Made by a program: the position numbers and the translations under genes. Under the pieces are notes generated by a model. It saw only the letters and a list, made by a program, of their open reading frames with translations, was not told the origin of the DNA and made no database searches. This document shows positions 23,901-36,068 of a DNA stretch of 64,000 bases, one piece after another (the first letter of the stretch is position 1; each line of letters opens with the position of its first letter). The stretch comes from Oikopleura dioica (Eukaryota > Animalia > Chordata): assembly GCA_907165135.1 (NCBI GenBank), contig OU015566.1, forward strand, positions 13,578,001 to 13,642,000, given 5' to 3'.

Positions 23901-26900
23901 TCCAAAATGGTAAATTTCGTAAAAATGATGGTTCTGAATCAATGAAAAAAAACAAGATCTGAAGCTTTATCCTTATCAATGATAAGTTATCATTCTTGTC
24001 CAGTTTTATCTGATCAAAAGTACATTGATTCAATGTTGTAGTTTATGTGAGTAATTTTAATAAAATTAAAAAAAAATCGAATCAATGCGATAAATCAGGA
24101 ATCTGAGCTGATAACTTCATTCAGCAGTTTTTGATTCTTTTAAGCATTCTGACTTGTTTTTACTGTCACGCAAAGTTAAACAGAAACATCTGGCTTGTGC
24201 GAGCCCTTGGTACATAGCAACTTTTTGATGTAGCGACTTGACTTTGTCTCCAATTCAGAAGTGGCATTTTGACGCTTTCAAGAATTCCGCCACGTCATTT
24301 TTGTTCCCTTCAAATTTGAAAGTGGAGAATTTGAACTTTCAAAATCAAACTTTCATTTCTGACTACTGTCTCCCACTACGTCACGTGGAATCTTAAAACA
24401 AGCGAAACGAAAACAGTGGGAGGTGAAATTTTGAAATCATAAAATGGCGAAATCAGTCGCCACTTTTGACATTTCGGTGTTTTTATTATGGAGAGTATCC
24501 AGAACTACCATCAGCAAATGCCAGAAAGGTACATAGCAACGAGAAGCATTTGTTGCCTTTTCTCACCTAGGCCGGGTGCGCAAATGTCGAAAATTTTCTC
24601 ACCGCAAAACCAAAGAAAAAATATGACCAAGAACAAGTGCGGATATTGCCACTTGGACAAAATCTGAATGGTCATCAATTTCTCAGAAATCACATCTTTC
24701 ATAAAATTCTCAAAAGAAGACTCTTGTCTCTCGCGTTTAAGAACTGTATATGAGACTGTATTAAAGCCATAACATCAGATTATCAAAAATACTCCTTCTT
24801 GTCCAATAAGAACTTTCAAAATTGGTCTTCAGCCAATCAGAAATCCGAAAAATTCCCGTTGCAATATGAAGTTGATTGTATCACTCTTCCCTAATAGGGA
24901 ATCCCTATTTCTGAAGAGCCCAATAATACAGTGACTAGAAGTACAGTCCCTCAAATAGCTGAGCGGCGCATCAGATGATTAACAGCTCCGGAAAGTGATC
25001 GATCATTTGACGAACGAGTTCTCACTCCTTCCAAAACACTTCTCCCAAAACTAGAGCAAAATGCTTTCCTTTTGAGCTGCCAAGTTGAACCCAGGCCAGA
25101 CGCAATTTACCGACGCGATGAATATAAATGCCCGTAATTACTATGTCGCCAAAGCAAAAAGGAAAAAATCACGCCATTTTGTCAAGAGAAATGATAAAAA
25201 TCAAGGAAGAAAAAATTAAACCATATATCAACATATGCGATAAGAACAAGAGCTCAGTAAATTGACTTACTGTATTTTGATAGTTTTGCTTACAGTAATG
25301 TCAATCAAGTCAGATCCAGTTTTCGATAATAAAGTTCATCAAATGACGCTTATTTTAGACCGGAAGCAGAGTTGACATTTTTCTCCCTCAGATCATTTCA
25401 TTCAGTATTGACAAAAAGTCCTTTTCGACAGAGGAAACGAGAGATATCTGACTGTAACTCTTACACTTTTCTAGCGTAAAAACGACCTCGTAGTCTTAGA
25501 CTTGACCCCTGTCATTTTGTTTTCATAGAAAGTTGCCCCTTCTTGGATTGTTGTCCCACAATTGGGAACGAAATGGTAGTCGTAGCAACAAAAATGATGA
25601 TACAGATATATAGGAAACGGTCTGGGCACACGAGCGCCCAGTAGTAGACTAGTACAGTCACTCGCACAAAAAAATTTATAAAGAGAGAAAATGTTTTTTC
25701 TGTTGAAAAACTTCAAAATCTGTTTAGGAAAGAGCCGAGCCCTGGGGTTGATTTTGACCTGGTTTGAGGGGAGTGCTTATTTTTAATTTTATTTGAGAAA
25801 GGAATTTGTTATCTACGAGACAAGATAAACAAGAATGGCAGCTCGTCAGGAATTTATCTGTTTCTGTGACGGGTTTTATCATCCCCAGTTTGTCTCAACA
25901 GCGTCTCCAAGATAGGATAAAAATGAAACTAGTAACAAACAGAGCTCAGAAATGACTGTAGCGGATAGAGAAACAGAGAGATTTTTGATTTTTTAAATGT
26001 CCTCGGGCAAGTTTTGCCTTTGCCCGAGGCGAGTGTCGAGTAAAATTGGGATTTTTTACCCGTTTTTTGTGCCAAAAATCGCGTCAAAAGACAAATACAC
26101 CTGAACCGCGGTAAATTTAGAACCAGCCCGGAGAAGCGTGACATTTTCCTATCTAGCGCTGAATTAGTTTATGAGCAATTTCTTACAGCATTTCTTCATG
26201 CTCGCATTTCCGGAATCCTGGCTGCTGCATGGCCAGCGGAAGCGCCACCCGCTCGTTAGCTGCAATTTTCTAGCCCTCTCGCAGGGCAATAAATTTTTGC
26301 CGCCCGCGGATGTCGACCCCGGCTACCGGCAGTCAGATTTGAGTAAATCAAATTCTTTTCTGAAAAATTAATTTTTATGAAAAAAGAGCTCCAACATTTT
26401 TTAAAGAGAATCGGCTTTTGAAATTTTGAAATCAAGGAAGAAAATTAGTTTTTTGAAAGATCCAAATCTTCACCTTGACGGTGCAATTTGCCATCTTTAT
26501 AAATTCAAGAATAGAAGGTAATTGAATTCTCCAGTAATTTGTGTATTCACCGCGAGAGACAAAGGAGAGGGTCTAGCGTTTTTGCTAGGGGGCTAAATTA
26601 TGCAAAAACTCAATGACCCCGCTGGGCACTCGCCTTGATGCATTTATTGAGGAAATCTGGCCCGCGGTCTGGCCCTTATTTTCCCACAGAGAATTCCAAA
26701 CTGGCGTGTTTGATTTTCTAATTTTTGATTTACTCAAAGTTCATTTCGCTTCAGAGATTTTCAGATAAAAAGAAAAACTAAGTTCAATGATCAATTTTTT
26801 TTTCTACAGAGACATCGCTCAATAAGGCTTCCTTCTATCAAGCTCCTGATTGGTCAATCAAGAGCTCCCCCACTTTACCTTACCCCTAACCCTAACGGAG

Positions 26901-27365
26901 GGGCCAATAGCAAAATCTGACTGTACATAAAACCGAGTTCAAGCACCCCCTCTTCCATAAAAACCCCATTGTCCCTTTCACTTCCCATAGAAATTCAAAT
27001 TTCAAGTTGCAACAACGTAACAAAGCCACCAGTGTCGTATCTACTGCTAGTATTTGCACTCTACTCAAGTTATAGCCCCTCAGAAAAGAACAAATTCTGT
27101 TTGCTCGCTACTTTTGCTACAGTATATTTAAATATGCTCACTTTCACTGCTGGTGGATTTTTTCTTCACCGGCAATAGTTGCTAAGGAACTGAAAACGGA
27201 ATGTTTAGATTGTCAGTTTTGTAACTTTTCTCTCAAATCTCTTCGCTGTGGACAACGCCAGAACACACACACACACGCACTCGATCACACTACACGCTAC
27301 CCCAGAGGAGCTACAGTCAGCTTTCAGTACTACTTCCCAGAGGATAGAAAAACAACACCTAGAAC

Positions 27366-28234
27366 ATGGGCTGCAACGGTTCCAAAAGCGCCGAGGTAAC
27401 TGAAAACCAGAAGCCAGAGGAGCAACCAAAAGGTACTGTACTTTCTTTACTGTAGTTACGGGTGATTTTGTTTATCGAGTTGTTTGACAAGGGAGATTTT
27501 CTTCCGAGGAGGTCAACATCAGATAACAAGCTTGTTAGTTCGTAGAAGAATCAATATTTAACTGGATAATACCCGGTAGATACTGTACTACGAAGTTGAA
27601 CTTTGAAATCAAGGAAGAAAACCATTGATCCAGGTCTTTTGACCAAGCCTAGCTGTGAGTTGAACTCTTACTACAGTGACTTACAGACAGTATGAACTGG
27701 CTTCAGTTTGCCCTATCAATTAAGCGAAATGAGTGAACTTATTTGCGCACTAGCCAACACTTCTATTACCGAGTTCAAGTGTATTTGACCAACCTATTTT
27801 CTATCCACTTTCTTTCAGCTATTTCTCACGTGGCTATCCATACGGCCTTCTATACAAGCAGATCATTAGTTATTCATAAATGGGCGCTTATTTTAGTACT
27901 CGGAATGAAAAGTGCTTTCTTTCGATTTGAATAAACAGTGGATTTTTTAGCTGAAGAAGCTGCACCAGCTGAGCCTGAAGCGATTGAGGTAAAGCCCGAG
28001 GAACCCGCCGCTGAGGAAGAAGAAGAAGCACCAGCACCAGCTGCGTCTCCCGAGCCAGAGAAGGAAGCCACCCCTGAGGCTGAGGCTGAGCCAGAAAAGG
28101 AGGCAACTCCTGAGGCCGAGGAAGCTCCAGCCAAGGAAGACTCCCCAGCACCCGCCGAAGAGGCCCCAGCAGAGGAGGAAGCCGCCCCAGAAGCCGCAGA
28201 AGAGCCAGCCCAGGAGGAAAGCAATGATGAATAA
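27366..28234 (+). CDS. Acidic Ala/Glu/Pro-rich protein with N-terminal MGCxxSK acylation motif (BASP1/MARCKS/GAP43-like composition)
   Basis: Exon 27366-27432 (MGCNGSKSAEVTENQKPEEQPK) joins in phase 1 via GT-AG to exon 27951-28234 (AEEAAPAEPE...ESNDE), about 116 aa. Confidence 0.8.
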
Positions 28235-28613
28235 AGAAAAAAGATTCGGAAAACGTAAAAGCCAGACGTGAAAACTACTCGTATAATATTTTTCAATGTT
28301 AGTCCGAAAATCCTCCAATCACTTTCTTACAGTCTCCTTTTCAGATATTCCCGCAAACCAGAAACCAAAAAAACATCGGAAAAAATTTGTCACTGACTCG
28401 GAAAATTTTGTGCCTCCCTCCCTTTCTCCATTTCTCTATCTTTTTATCACCTCTTTGCTCGCACTTTCTTAGCTAATCAAAACTGTATCAACAACATTTT
28501 TATATGAATAAAAAATAGACTATAAACCCTTTTGTTTACGAAAAATAGAATAAATATATTGTCAATATTGATAAATAAATAAATACAGTAAGAATGAAGC
28601 AAGAAAAAGAGGA

Positions 28614-29848
28614 TCAGTAGACGGCATGGCGAGCATTTCTGACGGGAGTGCTTCTTCTTGGCATTCTTGGCTGACCGCTTCGTAGTTGAGCTCGTTTTTT
28701 CTCGCGGTGAAGTTGGGTAAAGGATTTTGTCATCCAATCGAGTCCGTGTTCCAGGCCATCGCCAGTGATTGCACAGGAAGGTTGAACAAGCCAATTTACG
28801 TTTTGCATCGTGTCGAGCCCAAGAAACTCTGGCAAATCTTCTGGCTGCACTGCGTTTTTCGCGTCCTGAGAAGTTAGAAGCGGGATTCTAGAGTGGTTTT
28901 GGGTACCTGTTTGTTGGCAAAGACGAGTACTTGGCTACAGTCTTTCATCGCGCGATCGTTCATAATTTTTATGAACTCTTTTCGAGCAACATCGTAACGT
29001 TCATCGTCGGAAGAGTCGAATACAAAGATCACTCCCTAAAAGATATTTCTCAAATCAAGAAAAACTACGTAAATGGAGTTTTCTTAATAAAAAAGGAAAT
29101 CATTCATTATCCAAGAGATTTAGTGTAGCTCAGTAGAAAAGTATGAAGATAATTTATTCCAACCGACAATACGGTAAAACTGTCAAGATTCGGTAACGAT
29201 AAATTGAAGAATCATTTTAACAAGACAGAAGTATGTAAAATATCGGGTTACTATAAAAAAATATATATTTAGTATTTGCGAAAATTAAACTCAATTTTAA
29301 ACCATGCGAAAATTTAGCAACAAATATAGGTGTAGATTCATTTTAATTCATGACATAAGAAAATCCAAATTCTTTCTTTTACGTACTTTAGCAGATGTTT
29401 TTAGTTAGCGCCATCTTGCCTCTTACCTACCTCGATCAAGATAAGATTTTAAACCGCTGCAAGCACCTGACTTGCTTTAAATTCCAGACTCTCTTTTCAA
29501 CTCATAGGAGAGAAATTCTCTCTCAGAGAAAAATCGTTTATGAATGTAAACTTTTTATATATCTTTCTTTTTGAAGTCTTTTCTTACCTGAGTTCCAGGA
29601 TAATAATGTCGCCAAAGTCGTCTGAGATGCTTCTTTCCGCCCAGATCCCAAATGTTCATCGAGATTTTACCGTTTTGATTGGAGAACTCTTCAACGTTGA
29701 ATCCGATCGTCGGCTCGGTCTTATACGTTTCATACATCTTCAGTCGGTAAAGAATCGTCGTTTTGCCAGATTCGTCCAGGCCGACCATCAAAACGCGGAA
29801 CTTGTTCTTGCTTTTTTTGCCCAGCGTTTTTGCCGAAATGTTGCCCAT
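28614..29848 (-). CDS. ARF/ARL-family small GTPase, atypical switch II
   Basis: Exons 29848-29588, 29035-28907 and 28865-28614. MGN start, GLDESGKTT, PTIGFNVE, WDLGGK, RRLWRHYY, ANKQD, SCAITGDGL.HGLDW. Confidence 0.9.
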
Positions 29849-30630
29849 TTTAGTTTCTATCAAAAAATAGTAAAAAGAAAACTTCAATGACGGTTTTACG
29901 ATTTGATTTAGTTTGCTCTGACCTGTAAGTCAGCTAAAACTCAACTGAGGAATCGCTCTTTTTATCTTTCACAACAATCAGATGTTCTAGAGATCCAAAA
30001 CCAAGCAAAACTCACAAAATTCATTAATAAACTCATATCGTTGATAATATCTGTATTTGATATCATGGAGGAGAGCCTCAAAATATCAGTTTGACATCAA
30101 AAAACAATGAAAATAGGGGTTAAGCCAATTTATGGAAATGATTTAATTTCCAGGGTTTTGATTGGTCGGTAGACCAAATACAGCAATCTTATTGGTAGTC
30201 CAAAAATCCCGTTCCATAAATTGGTTGAGTCCGAAAATAGAGTGATTTTATATTTTCAGTTATAATTAGACAATTGCAGGTTTCTTTTCGTTACGTAACG
30301 AATCGTTCGATGGGTACAAAATTTCGAAAGAAAGGTGTGCATTCCTGCCCCCTCTGCACTTTCTGTCACTTATTTTGTGAACATTGACCCCGACTCTCAG
30401 GCGTTTATCTTCTCATGAGAAGATTTCCAGCTTGTGGGCGAAGACCTGTTGTATTTTATTTTTCTTTTCTCGTCAACGCGTGTTTCAGGTTCCGCCACGG
30501 TCTCAGCTAATCAGAAAAAACTCGGAACCTACCTTCGCTTCATAAAAAGGAGGGCGCAGCGCGAAATCAACTCATTTTTAATTAACTTTTCAACTTTTTC
30601 CAAGAAACACTTTCGCTCGATTTTATAGAG

Positions 30631-31840
30631 ATGGGATTTCCGGTCGATGTTCCTATGGTAAGAAAAGATGCTCATCTTTGTTTTCAACTGTGATTTAAGC
30701 CAAGTACGATGGAAGATTTAGTAGCAGGGATCAATTTTTTGATTGCAAAAGATGCTTCGCCAGAAATTATGGTCCAGTACTTTCAGAATTACAAGAATGA
30801 TGACTGGAAAAAATATGCAATGTGGGATCCTTACAGGTGCTTTTTCAGGAGATTGAATACTTACAGTAGTGAAAACAGCTCTGAAAGGGTTTAAATTACC
30901 AATTTATTGGCTTTCTATTAAATTAAATCCATCAAAGAAGTCATATTTTTGAAGATCAATACGATTTTGTTGAGCTGAAATCTCAAAATTAATCCTCAAA
31001 TTCATCCACTTCTAGATACACTCGAAATTTAATCGAAGAAGTCGACGGAAAATATTCATTGATCCTCCTCTGCTGGCCCGAATCCAACGCCAGCGCCATC
31101 CACGACCACCCAAACTCCGACTGCATCATGAAATGCCTCTCTGGAACTGTCAAAGAAACCCGCTTCGCCTGGCCAGAAAAGAAGAAGACGAAAATGACGG
31201 AGACTGGCTACACTGTAGGAACAGAGGGAGATGTTATTCACATAAATGGTGAGTTGAGCTCTGGATCAGACTGGACTACAAGGGGCCTCGAGGGATCACC
31301 TGACCAAGTTAACATTTTCCACTTTGGAGGTGGGGCAGGAGGCTCGGCTCTCAGCCTATTGCGTAATCGTAATAATGAAACATTATGTATTTTCGTGAGA
31401 TAAACCCACATGGCCGAAAACATCACGTGGAAGCAGAATTGCTACGGGGAAATTTGCGTCACAAATAACATTTTGGAATAACATCTTGCTCAATCATTTT
31501 TTGATGGGTGGGGCGGATGAGTTCAAATCGATCTCATAATGATTAAGACGAAAGAAATAAATCATTTAAGTTAAATTACTTCACGAGAAAGGGCGGGGCG
31601 TCACGTGTAGTCCAAAAATCAAAGGTTCTTTCAGATGACCTGGGACTCCACCGCGTTGAAAATCCTTCATCTTCAGAAGGCGCTGTTACTCTCCACTTCT
31701 ACTTTCCCTGCATTCATGAATGTCTTGTTTTCGACGAAGAAACTGGCAAGGCTCGACGAGTGAAGATGACCTACACTTCCATCCGAGGCGTCAAGCAGAC
31801 CCCACAACAGAAGATTCAGAGAGCAACAGAATGCAAATAA
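30631..31840 (+). CDS. CDO1: Cysteine dioxygenase type 1
   Basis: Exons 30631-30657, 30700-30836, 31016-31248 and 31635-31840. YTRNL, SAIHDH..SDC (Fe ligands and crosslink Cys), GLHRVEN, TLHFY are all present. Confidence 0.92.
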
Positions 31841-32009
31841 GCTACAAGAAGATTGGTGCAGGATGCTTTTGTTTTGATACATGTTCATTTTACGTGCTCG
31901 CCTGTTATACAAGAATGACTGCATTTGATTGAAGACTGTTCATAAATAAATTCACTGAAACAGAGTCATTGAGAAGGATTTTGGTTTGATAAGTTATTGG
32001 GATTGAAAA

Positions 32010-32554
32010 TCATTTAGTTAGTTTTGCAAAATTCTCGCGAAGAATATCAGAAATCTCATCGATTCGCCGATTGTTTTTCAGTTCTTCGGTGAGTTCTTGT
32101 ATCTTCGACATCAGATCTGAGGACTCGAAGAACTGAGCTTTTGTTTTAATGTCCTTGAAAATTTTGATTATCAATAGCTGTTTAATAAGTTTTACTTCGA
32201 TTTCAGTTTTTAATTTGTTTATCGTTTTATTTTGATTTTGCGCAAGATCTCTTAGCTCTTCATTATTTTTTTGCAACTCTTCGATTTTTTCTTCGAGTTT
32301 GCATTGATCGCCTTCTAGTATTTTTATTTTTCTCTTCATTTTACCGACTCGCGCATTAATTAGCATATTGACTTCAGTCTCTGTCATGCCTGAAAATTTT
32401 TTCTTGAGGTTGATTTCTCTCTTACTTTAGGAGTCTAACAGTCTATTTCATTTTAGAAAAAACCTGTATCGACCGCATTAAGAGTCTCTGTAGACACAGA
32501 AACATCCGAAAAAGATATTTGAGACATGCTATTGACTCTTGGAAGCTCAGACAT
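32010..32554 (-). CDS. Small coiled-coil protein, paralog of 41112-41578
   Basis: First exon MSELPRVNSMSQISFSDVSVSTETLNAVDT, followed by heptad-rich exons (ORF 32010-32387). Shares S(Q/E)ISFSDVS with the gene at 41.5 kb. Confidence 0.6.
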
Positions 32555-32746
32555 TCCGACGGAGAAAAGTTATTACTTTTTTGCGTATACGGAGATTTAT
32601 CTTGGAAGAGGCTGTCTTTTAAAAATCGCTTCATATATTTGCTAAGCTAACATGGCCATTTTATTCGAGAAGTGACGAAAAAAAAATTGATGATTTTGGG
32701 ACGTTTTTTATAAGTCTTTGTTGATTTCACTTTCTTTAATCATTTA

Positions 32747-34444
32747 TTAATTATGTCGCAGTACATAAAACCAATCAGAAAATCTACTCGGCAGAAAAGT
32801 TGTTACAAGAGATCTGAGCTTCCAGTATCGTTCCATCGGTTGATATCGAGACAGAGGCCATTTCGCAAAAAGAGCATCTTTGTAATCTTCAATCACAGGA
32901 GTCAAGTCCACATTTCCATCTCCTCTGTAAGCTTTTCCAGTTCCAAGAAAAGGTACCCTGGGTTCATTGTTCTCGAGAATTCTGACACGACCCTGTGAGC
33001 TCTTGAACTCTTTTTTCAAAGACATCTCTTGGGTAGTATTTCCTCGTGCGGTCATCTACACCGCTCCAGAGCTTTTCGGTTAGTTCCTTGATCCGCTCCG
33101 GGTTCAAAATTTGGGTTCCTCCCAAATAGTTACCCGGCTCCAGAATCGACACCTTTCAACACAATTTCAAATCCATTATACCTTTTCAAAGCTTACATCA
33201 ATACTGTATTTATGCAGTTCTAGCCTTAGGGCTTCCCCGAGCGCTTCGACAGCCCACTTTGAAATAGCTTGAATTTTGGTTCGAATTTGATTTTTTGGTC
33301 AGAAAAGAGGGTCTAACTTGAACCATTCCGTAAGGAGATCTGCTCGGTTGCATAATTCTGCCGAGCCCAGACGCCATGACCACAATTCTGCCGCCTTCAT
33401 TCCGCATCAAGGGTATCAGGGCCTTGGAGACACGCGCTACTCCCCACACGTTTACATCCATGAGCTGAAAAGATTCCTTACGTAACTTGATTCTCAAGAA
33501 AAAAGAGAGACTGTCTCCAAAGGGACTTGAACGAGAACCAGCACCCGTAGATTTTCTTCTTTTTAAATTTTAGACAAAAAGAAGGCAAGATATAGGAGCA
33601 CGTGACTAAGTATGGAAAGCGGGCTGAGTTGGCATGAAATCGGCTAAAACCGGCTGCATCGGCGTGGATTACATTCGGCCCTGCTCTAAGCTCATCCCTT
33701 TCACACCGATGCAAATCCATCATGTTAGGGCACGAAAATCTTGCGCCGCCGATTATGGCCCGTGATCCAATACTTCATCATTTTCTTTCTTTTACGAACC
33801 TTTTTGTAAATTTCAATCGAGGTCCATTCTACATCGCCGAATGCAGAAATGCCAGCATTGTTCACGATACCCTTAAAATTTTCTCAAATCTCTTTTCAAC
33901 CTCATTTTTCTTACCCAAAGCGGTTTACCGTCCAATTCCTTTTCGATAACTTCGATGAGTTTTTCGATATCTTGATCTTTTGAAACATCGCATTGAAATA
34001 CAGTGATTCCATTACCCTTCAGGGTTTTTGCACTGTCGCCTTTTTCATTGATTACTGAGGCGAAAACTTTGCACCCCATGTTTTTCAAATCCTGAAGAAA
34101 AAATTAAGGGCGCCATAGTCAATACAATTTCTGTAGAAAACGCTTTTAGCAAGGGCATACCCTTAAGAAAAAACATCAAAAACTACCTTTGCAAGAATAA
34201 ATCCGAATCCACTATCGCATCCAGTCACTAGAATCGCCTTTCCTTTAGCGTCAAGCATTCTGGTCCTCCAGCACGAGGCGCAAAAATAAACAAAAATCAA
34301 GCTCCAGCACGGTACGATCGGAAACAATTTGCTCAAAAGCACATTGAAGACGAACAAGATGATGAACATGACATTGAAGTCGGTTCTCTTGCAGTGATTC
34401 CCAGCATAGTTGCGGATAAAATTGAAGACTAGATGCAGTACCAT
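32747..34444 (-). CDS. BDH1: D-beta-hydroxybutyrate dehydrogenase-like SDR
   Basis: KAILVTGCDSGFGF, DVNVWGVARVSKALIPL..GRIVVMASGLGR..PSRSPY, VSILEPGNY, DLTPVIED..AL..WPLSRYQPMERYWKLR. Catalytic YAISK is formed across a GA-AG intron at 33328-33268. Confidence 0.85.
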
Positions 34445-34821
34445 CTCTGAAGTGAACTAAAAACGACAGAAAAAGGGGTGGTGTCTCCTTACGCACATAA
34501 CAAATCGCCGAAATCGGTGACCTTTCAAAAATCAAACAAATTTGTCTTCAAATCAAAGTCATACAAACTTTTCGACCAAGTGTACATTTTTAATTCCAGG
34601 AAATTATTTCAATCAGGCTCGGCGATGTTTTCACACGAGTTTTTAATAAAAACAGGCTAAGCTCTCCAAGCTTTCTTCCAAATCAGTTTTACTCATCTCA
34701 ATTTGATTCAAATTCGACAACGGAAAAATGCGGTAGAATAACAATTCATAGATAGAATGAGTTTTTGAAAAACTAAAAAGAATATTTCGATTTATTTCCG
34801 CAAACTAAAAAATGTAAAAGA

Positions 34822-36003
34822 TTAAAAGACACAGTAGTCGGATGAGACTTGAATAAGCACATATGCAGGCGTTCTGTAAATTCGAGATGGCCCGGAACTG
34901 TCAATTTGTTCGGTCTTGATCACTTGATCGCCGTCAAGCTCGATCCGTTGTATTTGTAATTCTGGTTGAATATACGAAGAATGGTAAACAAGAAATATAT
35001 ATTTGTCGACCATAATTGTAAGTTCCGAGACTCCTGTCTAAATTCGTATTTTGAAAAATAGAGAGAAAAAATAGTTTTTGATAATAAAACTTCATTCGAA
35101 TTTTTAATTTCAAATAGAATCTTTGTTAGAATAAACTGCTATGAAAAGTGCAGATTGAAACACAAACTATGATTATTAAATGATGTTGCATGTCATGCTC
35201 TGTATGACTAAAAATATCAAACTCAATGTCTTACTTCGTTATTTGTGATTGAATTTTGAGATTGAAGATGTCCAATTAAGCTCCAAATATTGTCTCGAAG
35301 AAGCCAGATTTCTGTTGATAGAAGGCTTTTCCGTTTCATTTCGTTATAATGAAACCCTCCAATAGCCAAAAGATTTCCACTTGGGAGACCAACAAGTGAA
35401 ACTGAGTGAGTCTTGCTACAAAAAAAATAAGCTTCAATTTCTTATCATAATGGCAAACTAAGGAAAGTCGGCCAACGAAAACCATCCAAAAGATGAGTAT
35501 GTTTCGACTTTGGCTCTAAGATCACTGCTCCAGTCATTTTGGTAGGTACCAACTGTTGTTGGCTGTCCTTGATAAAATCCAAGGGTGGTGCCACTATGGG
35601 GAAAGTTTGAAGTATGTGTCGAATAAGTACGTGTTCCATCAAATATTTCACATTTTTTATGTTCGTCATCGCGTGGAAAACAAATTAATCCTAGACTGCC
35701 CTGTTCAATTGTAAGTATCGCAGAAAGACTCGTTATATAATTAATAAGCTGCATTGATTGTTTCACAAAAGAACATCCGTCAAGTTTTGAAATCTAATCA
35801 CATTTTTTTTTAAATTTTTGTGATGTAATTACTTCATGATATCCGAAAAGGTACGCTTCGCCTTTAACAAGTGCATGTTATTTGAATCGCGGGTAGTTTG
35901 AAGCAGGTCCTTCGATTTCTGCTTCTGATTTTGTAGATCCATCTCCAGAAAAAATAAAAGCTTCACGGAGATTATTGCCAATCATGAGTATATTAATGTC
36001 ACT
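34822..36003 (-). pseudogene. Kelch-like propeller family member 2 with an in-frame stop
   Basis: DINILMIG..AFIFSGDGSTK..NYPRFK*HALVKGEAYLFG. The TAA at 35880-35878 aligns with Gln in paralog 3 (YVQHALVLG). Downstream exons CFPRDDEHKKCEIFDG..LGFYQGQPTTVG and IQRIELDGDQ are intact. Confidence 0.6.
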
Positions 36004-36068
36004 CTAATAAAAAAAAAGTAAATGTTTATTATAAAATATAAAAACCAGCGTAAGTCCTGAAGGGTCCA

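Noticed and set aside
23950-25800. A coherent gene model (XK-like membrane protein on minus, or secreted protein on plus)
   Set aside because: Candidate exons on both strands contain stops or phase conflicts, so I could not support a model.
33600-33790. Possible C/D box snoRNA in the BDH1 intron (ATGATGA near 33780 on the minus strand)
   Set aside because: No downstream CTGA D box or terminal stem was found at a suitable distance.
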